Positions 27,800 to 35,833 of a stretch of DNA of 64,000 nt are shown in pieces. How positions within the stretch are numbered: the first letter of the stretch is position 1; every line of letters starts with the position of its first letter. Under the pieces are notes generated by a model, which searched no databases, had not been told where the DNA came from, and saw only the letters and a list, made by a program, of their open reading frames with translations. Origin of the DNA: Gemmatimonadales bacterium (lineage in GTDB: Bacteria; Gemmatimonadota; Gemmatimonadetes; Gemmatimonadales; GWC2-71-9); contig DASSQQ010000102.1 in assembly GCA_035702425.1 (NCBI GenBank), forward strand, positions 6,747 to 70,746. Direction: 5' to 3'. A program made the translations under genes and the position numbers.

Positions 27800-28542
27800 A
27801 CCAGGAAACAACTGCGGCGGAGGGACGGAAAGACGGAGGGCGGATGGCACGGCGAGCAGCGATGCTCTTCCTGCTTCCGCTTTCCGTCCTTCCGTCTTTC
27901 GGTCGTCTGTCGGCTCAAGTGGGCTACGACCCCGCCCACTCGCCCTACCAGGACATGCAGAAGGGGATGGGACCGGTGGCGTTCGTCGGATATCTCGCGG
28001 GCGACCGCGGCACCGTGGGCGTGGGGCCGTCGAACGGCGCGACCTTCGGCGTGCGCTGGGACGTGAACCTGGGGGGCACCGTGGCGTTCCTGGTGAGCTT
28101 CGCCGACGCCCGCACCAACCGCTTCATCGTGGACCCGACCCAGGACTCGACCGTCCGGAAATCGGGGCCGGTGTCGAACCCGGTGGTGCTCGCGGACGTC
28201 GGCCTCGAGGTGCTGCTCACCGGCGGGAAGACCTACCACCACCTCGCCCCGTACCTGCAGACCGCGCTCGGCTTCGCCTTCGGCTCGAGCACCGCGCGCG
28301 ACACCTCGGGCTACGATTTCGGCACCAAGTTCACGCTGGCGCCCGGCGCCGGGATCCGCTGGTACCCGTCGCGCCGCATCTGCGTGCAGACCGATCTCCG
28401 CCTGCTGTTCTGGAAGCTCAAGTATCCGCTCTCCTACAAGGTGCCCGCGTCCGACTCGAGCCGCGTGCTCCCGGTGAGCGCCCCCGACGGTGACTGGACC
28501 ACGCATCCCTGGCTGACCCTCGGCGTGGGATGGACTTTCTAG
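27796..28542 (+). CDS. Small outer-membrane beta-barrel-like protein
   Basis: ATG 27796 forms an ATGA overlap with the gpmI stop. An alternative ATG at 27844 is preceded by GGAGGG. It has a signal-like segment and ends in the aromatic LTLGVGWTF. Confidence 0.6.
   Translation: MNQETTAAEGRKDGGRMARRAAMLFLLPLSVLPSFGRLSAQVGYDPAHSPYQDMQKGMGPVAFVGYLAGDRGTVGVGPSNGATFGVRWDVNLGGTVAFLVSFADARTNRFIVDPTQDSTVRKSGPVSNPVVLADVGLEVLLTGGKTYHHLAPYLQTALGFAFGSSTARDTSGYDFGTKFTLAPGAGIRWYPSRRICVQTDLRLLFWKLKYPLSYKVPASDSSRVLPVSAPDGDWTTHPWLTLGVGWTF
27822..27902. repeat. Palindromic repeat element, copy A (arms of 8-nt repeats GACGGAAR)
   Basis: The 13-bp stem 27828-40 / 27888-900 contains one G.U pair. The right arm ccgctttccgtccttccgtctttcggtcg matches 53674-53702 at 26 of 29 positions. 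Confidence 0.5.
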
Positions 28543-29225
28543 GCGACGGCCTGCGCCGAGCCCTCGGCCTGCTGTTCGCCGGGGACCCGGAGACCTACGG
28601 CGTCGCCCTCCTCACCTTCAAGGTGGCGGCCGTCGCCACCGTCATCGCCTGCGCCGCCGGCATCCCCGCCGGGTTTCTGCTCGCCTCGCGGCCCTTCTGG
28701 GGCCGGCGCGCGGCGCTCACGGTGGTGAATACCGCGCTCGCGTTCCCGACGGTGCTGGTCGGCCTTCTTCTATATGGCCTGCTCTCGCGGCGGGGTCCGC
28801 TGGGCGGCCTCTCGATGCTCTACACCTGGCAGGCCATCGCCCTGGGCGACGTGCTGCTCGCCTTCCCCATCGCGGCCGCGCTCTCGGCCGCCGCGGTGCA
28901 GGGCGTGGACCCGCGGGTCCGCCGCACCGCGCTCACCCTCGGGGCCGGTCCGTGGCGCGCGGCGTGGACCGTGGCCCGGGAGGCGCGCTTCGCGCTCGCC
29001 GCGGCGATCACCGCCGCGTTCGGCCACGTGATCGCCGAGATCGGCTCGGCGATGATCGTCGGCGGCAACGTGCGCGGGCAAACCCGGACCCTCACCACCG
29101 CGATCGCGCTCTCCACGTCGCAGGGCGATTTCGGCCTCGCGCTCGCGCTGGGAATCATTCTCCTCGTGCTGGCGCTGCTCGTGAACGTGGCGCTGCAGGT
29201 GCTCCAGGGGCGCGGCGATGCTTGA
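28530..29225 (+). CDS. ABC transporter permease (tungstate/molybdate TupB-like small permease)
   Basis: 231 aa and multi-TM, resembling a binding-protein-dependent transport inner-membrane component. It overlaps the neighbours on both sides. Confidence 0.75.
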   Translation: MDFLGDGLRRALGLLFAGDPETYGVALLTFKVAAVATVIACAAGIPAGFLLASRPFWGRRAALTVVNTALAFPTVLVGLLLYGLLSRRGPLGGLSMLYTWQAIALGDVLLAFPIAAALSAAAVQGVDPRVRRTALTLGAGPWRAAWTVAREARFALAAAITAAFGHVIAEIGSAMIVGGNVRGQTRTLTTAIALSTSQGDFGLALALGIILLVLALLVNVALQVLQGRGDA

Positions 29226-30201
29226 GCTGGTCGGCGTGAAGCACCGCTACGCGGGCCGCCTGGTCCTCGATCTCGACCGCTTCCTGGTCCCCGACCGCTC
29301 CGCCGTGGCCATCGTGGGCCACAACGGCTCGGGCAAGAGCACCCTGCTCCGGCTGCTCGCCTCTCTGGAGTCGCCGAGCGAGGGCGTGGTGCGCTTCGAC
29401 GGCAGGCCCGCGGCGGGCGAGCGGCGGCGGGTGACCCTGGTGGAGCAGCGGCCGGTGCTCTTCCGCGGGACCGTCCGGGAGAACATCGCCTACGGCCTGC
29501 GCGCGCGGGGCCGCCGGGCGAGCGAGATCGAGCGCCAGGTGTCGCGGGTCTCGGAACGGCTCGGCCTCTCCGCCCTGCTCGGGCGCCGGCGCCAGCAGCT
29601 GTCCGAGGGCGAGGTTCAGCGGGTGGCGGTGGCGCGCGCGCTCGCGATCGAGCCCGACGTCCTGCTCCTCGACGAGCCCGCGGCGTCGGCCGATCGCGCG
29701 GCGTCGCAGGCGCTCTATCGCGCGCTCGACGAGGAGCGCCGGGCGCGTCCGCTCGCGGTGTGTGTCGCGTCGCACCAGCTGGAGGACGCCTACCGCTGGA
29801 CCGACGACATCCGGGCGCTGGCGGAAGGGCGGCTCTCCCCGGTGACGCCCGAGAATCTCTTCCGGGTGGACCTCCCCGGCCCCGACGCCGGGGGCCTGCA
29901 GCACGTCGCCGTGGGGGGGATCCGGATCGCGGTGGTGAGCGACAAGACCGGCCCCGCCATCCTCGCCGTCCCGCCCACCGACGTGCTGGTGAGCCGCGAG
30001 CCCCTGCCTTCGTCCGCGCGCAACGTGTTCCGGGGGAAGGTCACCCGCCTCGCCCGCCAGCGGGGGGGCGTCCACCTCTCCGCGGACGTGGGCGTGGAGC
30101 TCGTGGCCGCGATCACCGAGGAAGCGACGCGCGATCTCGCCCTCGCGCCGGGGGCCTCCGTGGTGTTTTCGTTCAAGGCGAGCGCGGTGCGAGTATTCTG
30201 A
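29218..30201 (+). CDS. ABC transporter ATP-binding protein with C-terminal TOBE/Mop-like domain
   Basis: It has Walker A (GHNGSGKST), the signature LSEGEVQRV, and Walker B (LLLLDEP). The C-terminal ~90 aa (NVFRGKVTRLARQRGGVHLSADVG...) is TOBE-like. Confidence 0.85.
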   Translation: MLELVGVKHRYAGRLVLDLDRFLVPDRSAVAIVGHNGSGKSTLLRLLASLESPSEGVVRFDGRPAAGERRRVTLVEQRPVLFRGTVRENIAYGLRARGRRASEIERQVSRVSERLGLSALLGRRRQQLSEGEVQRVAVARALAIEPDVLLLDEPAASADRAASQALYRALDEERRARPLAVCVASHQLEDAYRWTDDIRALAEGRLSPVTPENLFRVDLPGPDAGGLQHVAVGGIRIAVVSDKTGPAILAVPPTDVLVSREPLPSSARNVFRGKVTRLARQRGGVHLSADVGVELVAAITEEATRDLALAPGASVVFSFKASAVRVF

Positions 30202-30203
30202 CA

Positions 30204-30623
30204 ATGGCCACGGCCTACCTGACCACGATCCTCGAGTTCACCGCCGGGCACCGCATCCGGCGCGCCGACCTCACGCCGGAACAGAACGCGGCCGAGTTCG
30301 GCAAGGCCGCCGCCGACCACAGTCACAAGTACCGGGTGCAGGTGACGGTGGCGGGGCGGCTCCAGCCCGAGAAGAAAGGCGTGATCAATCTGAAGGAGCT
30401 GGACCGGATCCTGAAAACCGAAATCACGGAACGGCTGGACGGCAAGTCCATCAACGAGGCGATCCCCGAGTTCGCGGACGGCAAACGGCTCGCGACCGGT
30501 GAGGCGCTGGCGGTGTATTTCTGGGAGCGGCTCGCCTCCCGGCTCCCCGAGGGCGCGCGGCTCCACGCGGTGCGGGTCCAGGAGAGCGACCATCTCTACT
30601 CCGAGTACTTCGGTGAAGCGTAA
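30204..30623 (+). CDS. 6-pyruvoyl-tetrahydropterin synthase / QueD-fold protein (divergent)
   Basis: Track ORF trimmed to ATG 30204. The protein is 139 aa. EFTAGHRI and DHSHKY match the Zn-binding His positions of PTPS/QueD. The Cys of the E. coli QueD HKCGRLHGH block is Ala here. Confidence 0.75.
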   Translation: MATAYLTTILEFTAGHRIRRADLTPEQNAAEFGKAAADHSHKYRVQVTVAGRLQPEKKGVINLKELDRILKTEITERLDGKSINEAIPEFADGKRLATGEALAVYFWERLASRLPEGARLHAVRVQESDHLYSEYFGEA

Positions 30624-30717
30624 GCCCGGCGAGCCGCCCGCGTCCCCCCTCTCCGCAACGGAGAGGGCGTCGGGGGGTGAGGACTCGCGCCCCGCCCCCG
30701 GCTCCCGCCGCGGCCGG

Positions 30718-31437
30718 ATGCAGGCCGACAGCGCGCTGGTCGAGGAGCTCCCGGTCTGGCTCGAGGTGAACGGGGAGCCCGCGGTCACCTGGATGTGCAC
30801 CCCGGACCAGCTGGAGGAGCTGGCGGTGGGCTGGCTCCACGGCGAGGGCTACATCGATTCCGCGGACGATCTGATCCGGCTCCGCCCCTGCGCCACCGAT
30901 CTCGGCTTCTGGGCCGACGTGAAGCCGGCGGGCGTCGCCCGGGTGAAGGGCGAAGACCGCAAGCGGGTGCTCGCGTCCGGGTGCGGCGCGGTCTCCACGC
31001 TGCTCGCCGACCCCAATACCGTCGCGCACGCCCCCGCCCGCGGTGAGGCTCCGGCGGCCGAGCGCCTGCGCGCCTTGTTCAAGGAGCTCTTCGCCGCGGG
31101 CGAGCGCTACAACGAGACCGGCGGGATTCACGCCGCGGCGCTCACCGACGGCGAGCGCCTGCGGCATCACGCGGAGGACATCGGGCGGCACAACGCGGTG
31201 GACAAGGTGGTGGGCGCGGCGGTGCTGGCGCGGGATGTCATCACCGGCCGGGGACTCCTCGTCACCGGACGCATTTCCGCCGAGCTCGCGTTCAAGGCGG
31301 CGCGGGCCGGGGTGGCCTGGGTGGCGACGCCCTCGGTGCCGTCCACGCTGGCCCTCACCATCGCGCGGCGCTCGGGGATGCTCCTGGTGGGCCGCGCGGT
31401 GAGCGGCGCGCCGCACCTGCACCGTCCGGAGCCGTGA
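30718..31437 (+). CDS. fdhD: Formate dehydrogenase accessory sulfurtransferase FdhD
   Basis: It has TGGIHAAAL and EDIGRHNAVDKVVGA signatures. The start is ATG 30718. An alternative in-frame GTG at 30613 would overlap the upstream stop. Confidence 0.85.
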   Translation: MQADSALVEELPVWLEVNGEPAVTWMCTPDQLEELAVGWLHGEGYIDSADDLIRLRPCATDLGFWADVKPAGVARVKGEDRKRVLASGCGAVSTLLADPNTVAHAPARGEAPAAERLRALFKELFAAGERYNETGGIHAAALTDGERLRHHAEDIGRHNAVDKVVGAAVLARDVITGRGLLVTGRISAELAFKAARAGVAWVATPSVPSTLALTIARRSGMLLVGRAVSGAPHLHRPEP

Positions 31438-31841
31438 CCCCCGATCTCTTGCGCGAGCTCCTGCGCCGGGCGAAGACCATCGCGGTGGTGGGCCTCTCCC
31501 CCAACCCCGACCGGCCGAGCCACGAAATCGCGACCTATCTAAAGGAGCGGGGGTACCGAGTGGTGCCGGTGAATCCGGGGCAGAAGGAGATTCTGGGCCA
31601 GAAGTGCTATCCCTCGCTCGCGGCCGCGGCGGCGGAGCATAGCATTGACGTGGTGGACGTCTTCCGGAAGAGCGAACAGGCCGGCGCCGTGGTGGACGAA
31701 GCGATCGCGATCCGCCCGCGTCTGATCTGGCTCCAGATCGGCGTGGTGGACGACGCCGCCCGCCGGCGGGCGGAAGCGGCCGGCATTCCGTGCGTGATGG
31801 ACCGTTGCATCAAGATCGATCACCGCGCGCTCGGCTTGTAG
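31434..31841 (+). CDS. CoA-binding domain protein (YccU/YneT family)
   Basis: 135 aa with IAVVGLSPNPDRPSH...VVPVNP. It forms a GTGA overlap with the fdhD stop. Confidence 0.85.
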   Translation: MTPDLLRELLRRAKTIAVVGLSPNPDRPSHEIATYLKERGYRVVPVNPGQKEILGQKCYPSLAAAAAEHSIDVVDVFRKSEQAGAVVDEAIAIRPRLIWLQIGVVDDAARRRAEAAGIPCVMDRCIKIDHRALGL

Positions 31842-31876
31842 CGCGCACCGTGCCACTGCCACGAGAGCGAGGTCCA

Positions 31877-32716
31877 ATGCCCCGTGCCCTGTTCGCGACG
31901 TTCGTGCTCTTCGTGCTCCCGGGCGCTCCGCGCCTCGCGTCCCAAACGCGGTCGCAGCCCAACCTCACCCTCTCGGTCGAGCTTGGCTTCCACGGCGGCT
32001 ACAAGCTGTGGTCGGTGGGGAATCAGCCCTTCTACATGATCGTGCAAACCGGGGCGGGCATCGACACCGTCTCCAAGTTCGACACCCTCGATCTCCGCCG
32101 GCAGTTGGTGCCCGGCTTCACGCTCGGGGTCTCCGGCGTCTACTACCCCACCCCCTACGTCGGCATTCACGGGGAGCTGGTCTTCTACGGGATGTCGCTG
32201 GAGAGCCACTGCGCCATCCGCACCGACGCGTCGAGTGACAGCACCGACATCGATCCCCAGCTCTGCTCTTCGCTCGAGGGCCAGTCGGTGTCCACCAGCA
32301 CCCTGGGCCTCGCCATCGGGACGGTGCTGCGGCCCGCGCCCCGCGGCGCGATCAGCCCCTATCTCCGCGCCGACGTGGGCGTGGTCACGCGGTCCCGCGG
32401 GACGGTCGAGCTGATCGGGCTCTACACCGACAACACCGGGTTCGTGAGCGCGCTGCAGGTCGCCGGCGACAACAAGGAAACCAAGAACAGCCTCAGCTTC
32501 TCGGTGGCGCTGGGCGTGGCGATGCCGCTCGGCCCCGGGTACCAGTTCCGGCTCGAGGGCGGCGACGTCTACGCACCGCTCGACCGGGTGACCGGCCTCG
32601 CGGCTCCGACCAACGTGACGCTCTTCCCGCCGCACGCGGCGGTGTGGAAGCACAACCTCACCTTCCGGATGGCCCTCGACATCGTGCTCGAGCAGCGCCG
32701 CGGCCGCCGCTACTGA
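31877..32716 (+). CDS. Hypothetical secreted / outer-membrane beta-barrel-like protein
   Basis: Track ORF trimmed to ATG 31877. The protein is 279 aa with a signal peptide (FVLFVLPGAPRLASQ), alternating beta-like pattern and a C-terminal Tyr. Confidence 0.55.
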   Translation: MPRALFATFVLFVLPGAPRLASQTRSQPNLTLSVELGFHGGYKLWSVGNQPFYMIVQTGAGIDTVSKFDTLDLRRQLVPGFTLGVSGVYYPTPYVGIHGELVFYGMSLESHCAIRTDASSDSTDIDPQLCSSLEGQSVSTSTLGLAIGTVLRPAPRGAISPYLRADVGVVTRSRGTVELIGLYTDNTGFVSALQVAGDNKETKNSLSFSVALGVAMPLGPGYQFRLEGGDVYAPLDRVTGLAAPTNVTLFPPHAAVWKHNLTFRMALDIVLEQRRGRRY

Positions 32717-32718
32717 GC

Positions 32719-33342
32719 GTGCGCGGAGCCGTGCTCGCGGGAGGCGCCGCGAGCCGTTACGGCGGACAACCGAAGGGCCTGCTCCAGGTGGGAGGGCGGC
32801 GCATTCTCGACCGGGTGGTGGACGCCGTCGCCGCCGCCACCGGGACGCCGCCCCTGCTCGTGGCCAACGCCCCCGACGCGCAATCCTGGCGCCCCGACCT
32901 CCGCACCATTCCCGACGCCCGTCCCGGCGCGGGGAGTCTGGGCGGCATCTACACCGCCGTGGCCGCCTTCCCCGAGCCGGTGCTGTGCGTGGCCTGGGAC
33001 ATGCCCTTCGTCCCCGCGGCGCTTTTGGTCGAACTGATCGGGGGCTCGGTCGCGTACGACGCCTTTCTCCCCGAAAGCGATCCCAAGGGACTCCCCGCGG
33101 GCCGCGGCCGCCGCGGGGTCGAGCCCCTGTGCGCGGTGTACGGGCCCGCCTGCCGGGACGCGATCACGGCCCAGCTCGACGCGGGTGACCTGAGGGCGAT
33201 CGGCTTCCACCCGCGAGTGAACGTCGGTACACTATCGCTCGACCGGGTGCGCGCGTTCGGGGACCCGGACCAGCTGTTCTTCAACGTGAATCGTCCCGAG
33301 GATCTGGCCCGGGCGGAGGATGTGTGGCGGCGACGCGGATGA
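32719..33342 (+). CDS. mobA: Molybdenum cofactor guanylyltransferase MobA
   Basis: The start is GTG 32719. It has the LAGGAASRYGGQPKGL nucleotide-binding motif and an MobA-like fold pattern. Confidence 0.85.
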   Translation: MRGAVLAGGAASRYGGQPKGLLQVGGRRILDRVVDAVAAATGTPPLLVANAPDAQSWRPDLRTIPDARPGAGSLGGIYTAVAAFPEPVLCVAWDMPFVPAALLVELIGGSVAYDAFLPESDPKGLPAGRGRRGVEPLCAVYGPACRDAITAQLDAGDLRAIGFHPRVNVGTLSLDRVRAFGDPDQLFFNVNRPEDLARAEDVWRRRG

Positions 33343-33857
33343 TCTCCATCATCGGCAAGAAGAACGCCGGGAAGACCACGCTGGTGGTGGCGCTCTGCGC
33401 CGAGCTCGCGCGCCGCAAGTTCCGGGTGATGACGCTCAAGCACGGCACCCACGCCGCCGACCTGGACCAGAAGGGCAAGGACACCTGGCGGCACTGGCAC
33501 GAGGGGAAGGCCGAGCGGGTGCTGCTCGAAGCGCCGGGCCAGCGGGTGCTCTTCGAGCGGACCGAGAAGGACGGCGATCCGGTCGCGCTGGCGCGGAAAT
33601 ATCTCGACGGCGCGGACATCGTGGTGGTGGAGGGCTTCACCGAGCACCCCATCCCCAAGATCGAGGTCTACCGCACCGCCTGCGGCGACGATCCGCTCTT
33701 CGACCCCGCGCGCCACGATCCCGGAGACTGGGTCGCGATGGTGACCGACAATCCGAAATACCGCGCCCCGTTCCCGGTTTTCCGCTTCTCGGACACGGCG
33801 TGGCTCGTCACCCTCGCCAACCTCGCCTGGGACCGCGCGCGGATTCTCCCGCCCTGA
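33339..33857 (+). CDS. mobB: Molybdopterin-guanine dinucleotide biosynthesis adapter MobB
   Basis: ATG 33339 forms an ATGA overlap with the mobA stop. It has the P-loop IIGKKNAGKTT. Confidence 0.85.
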   Translation: MISIIGKKNAGKTTLVVALCAELARRKFRVMTLKHGTHAADLDQKGKDTWRHWHEGKAERVLLEAPGQRVLFERTEKDGDPVALARKYLDGADIVVVEGFTEHPIPKIEVYRTACGDDPLFDPARHDPGDWVAMVTDNPKYRAPFPVFRFSDTAWLVTLANLAWDRARILPP

Positions 33858-33859
33858 CC

Positions 33860-35107
33860 ATGCTCACGCCGACCGAAGCGGCGCGGCTCATCGTCTCCCA
33901 TCTCACGCCGCTCCCGCCCGCGCGGGTGCCGCTGCGGGACGCGCTCGACCTGGTGCTGGCCGAGGACGTGGTGAGCCCGCTCGATCTGCCCCCCTGGGAC
34001 AACTCGGCGATGGACGGCTACGCGGTGCGGAGCGGCGACGTGGCCGGCGCGTCCGCCGGGAAGCCGGCCATCCTGCGGGTCATCGAGAGCGTGGCGGCGG
34101 GGGGCTTCCCCACGCGCCCGGTGGGCCGGGGCGAGGCGACGCGGATCTTCACCGGCGCGCCGCTCCCGGAAGGCGTGGACACCGTGATCCGCCAGGAGGA
34201 CACCCGGGACGGCACCGCGCGGTCCGTCGCGGTGACCGACGATCGCGACGCGCGGCGCAACGTCCGCTTCCGGGGGGAGGACGTGAAGAAGGGCGCGACG
34301 GTGCTCTCCGGCGGCACGCCCCTCGGGCCCGCCCAGGTGGGCGTGCTCGCGTCGCTCACCCACGGAACGCCCCTCGTCCATCCCGCCCCGCTGGTCGCGT
34401 TCATGGGCTCGGGGGACGAGATCGTGGATCTCGACCGCAAGGACGAAATCCTCGCGGGGAAAAAGATCGCGACCTCCAATTCCTACACTCTGGCCGCGAA
34501 CATCCGGCGCGCGGGCGGCGTGCCGGTGGACCTGGGCGTGGCGCGGGACACGAAGGAAAGTCTCCGCGAGCACCTCGCGCGGCGCGCCGGGGCCGATCTG
34601 CTGGTCACCACCGCGGGGGTGAGCGTGGGGGAGCACGACCTGGTGCGGGACGTGCTCGCCGAGCTCGACTGCGACATGAAGCTCTGGAAGATCCGGATGC
34701 GCCCCGGCGCGCCGCTCGGCTTCGGCGTCCTCGACGGCAAGCCGTGGATCGGGCTCCCGGGAAACCCGGTGAGCACCATGGTCACCTTCGAGCTGTTCGT
34801 GCGCCCCGCGATCCGGCGGCTGGCGGGGCACCCGCTGCCCTTCCGCCGCACCGTTTCGGTGATTCTGGCCGAGCCGGTGAAGCTCGGGCCCCCGCTGCGG
34901 CACTTTCTGCGCGCCGTGGTGGCGAGCGAGAACGGCGACCTGGTGGCGCGGCTCACCGGACCGCAGGGCTCGGGCATCCTCACCTCGATGGCCCGCGCCG
35001 ACGCGCTGCTCATCGTGCCCGAGGACCGCCAGCAGGTCCCGGCCGGCGAGCGGCTGGACGCGATTCTCCTCGACGACCCGCGGCACCTGCCGGAGCCGCC
35101 CTTCTGA
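33860..35107 (+). CDS. moeA: Molybdopterin molybdotransferase MoeA
   Basis: Track ORF trimmed to ATG 33860. The protein is 415 aa with PPWDNSAMDGYAV and TTAGVSVGEHD motifs. Confidence 0.9.
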   Translation: MLTPTEAARLIVSHLTPLPPARVPLRDALDLVLAEDVVSPLDLPPWDNSAMDGYAVRSGDVAGASAGKPAILRVIESVAAGGFPTRPVGRGEATRIFTGAPLPEGVDTVIRQEDTRDGTARSVAVTDDRDARRNVRFRGEDVKKGATVLSGGTPLGPAQVGVLASLTHGTPLVHPAPLVAFMGSGDEIVDLDRKDEILAGKKIATSNSYTLAANIRRAGGVPVDLGVARDTKESLREHLARRAGADLLVTTAGVSVGEHDLVRDVLAELDCDMKLWKIRMRPGAPLGFGVLDGKPWIGLPGNPVSTMVTFELFVRPAIRRLAGHPLPFRRTVSVILAEPVKLGPPLRHFLRAVVASENGDLVARLTGPQGSGILTSMARADALLIVPEDRQQVPAGERLDAILLDDPRHLPEPPF

Positions 35108-35109
35108 CC

Positions 35110-35769
35110 GTGCCCGCCTCGTTCGAGCCCGTGCTCCACGCCCTGCAGGACCTGCTCCTGGTCCTCACCTCGGTCCTCTTCATCGTGGACCCGTTCGCCG
35201 CGGTGCCGAGCTTCCTCGCGATGACGGAGCGGGACACGCCCGAGATGCGCCGCCTTCTCGCCAAGCGGGGCGCCTGGACGGTCGCGATCACCCTCGCGCT
35301 CTTCGCGGCGGGGGGGAGTCTGATCTTCAAGCTCTTCGGCATCACCCTGGGCGCGTTCAAGATCGCGGGCGGGGTGCTGATCGGGTTGAACGCGCTGGAC
35401 ATGGTGCAGGCCCGGCGCAGCCAGCAGCGGGAGACGCCGGTCGAGACCGCGGAGGGCATCACCAAGGAGGACATCGGCATCATGCCGCTCGGCGTGCCGA
35501 TGCTCGCGGGGCCGGGCGCGATCTCGACGGTGATGGTGCTCGCGCTGGGGTCGAAGAGCGTCTTTACCACGGCCGGCATCTACGTGGCGATCGCGCTCAC
35601 CGCGTTCATCTCCTACCTCACACTCGCCGCCGCCTCCCTGGTGGAGCGGCGGCTGGGGCAGACCGGCATGCGAATCCTGACCCGGCTGATGGGCCTCGTT
35701 CTCTGCGCCATCGCGATCCAGTTCATCCTCGACGGACTGAAGCTCGCGGGGGTGGCGGGGGGAGCCTAG
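35110..35769 (+). CDS. MarC-family (UPF0056) integral membrane protein
   Basis: The start is GTG 35110. The protein is 219 aa and multi-TM, with FIVDPFAAVPSFLAMT typical of the MarC family. Confidence 0.85.
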   Translation: MPASFEPVLHALQDLLLVLTSVLFIVDPFAAVPSFLAMTERDTPEMRRLLAKRGAWTVAITLALFAAGGSLIFKLFGITLGAFKIAGGVLIGLNALDMVQARRSQQRETPVETAEGITKEDIGIMPLGVPMLAGPGAISTVMVLALGSKSVFTTAGIYVAIALTAFISYLTLAAASLVERRLGQTGMRILTRLMGLVLCAIAIQFILDGLKLAGVAGGA

Positions 35770-35833
35770 GCAGGCACCAGGGGTACGCCAAGCAGTGTCC
35801 ACTTCATCATCCCGGGCTGAAGCCCGGCCTGAA

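Noticed and set aside
30204-30623. Calling this gene queD (queuosine biosynthesis).
   Set aside because: The catalytic Cys and the His pair seen in E. coli QueD appear to be absent, and no other que genes are nearby. I kept a fold-level call only.
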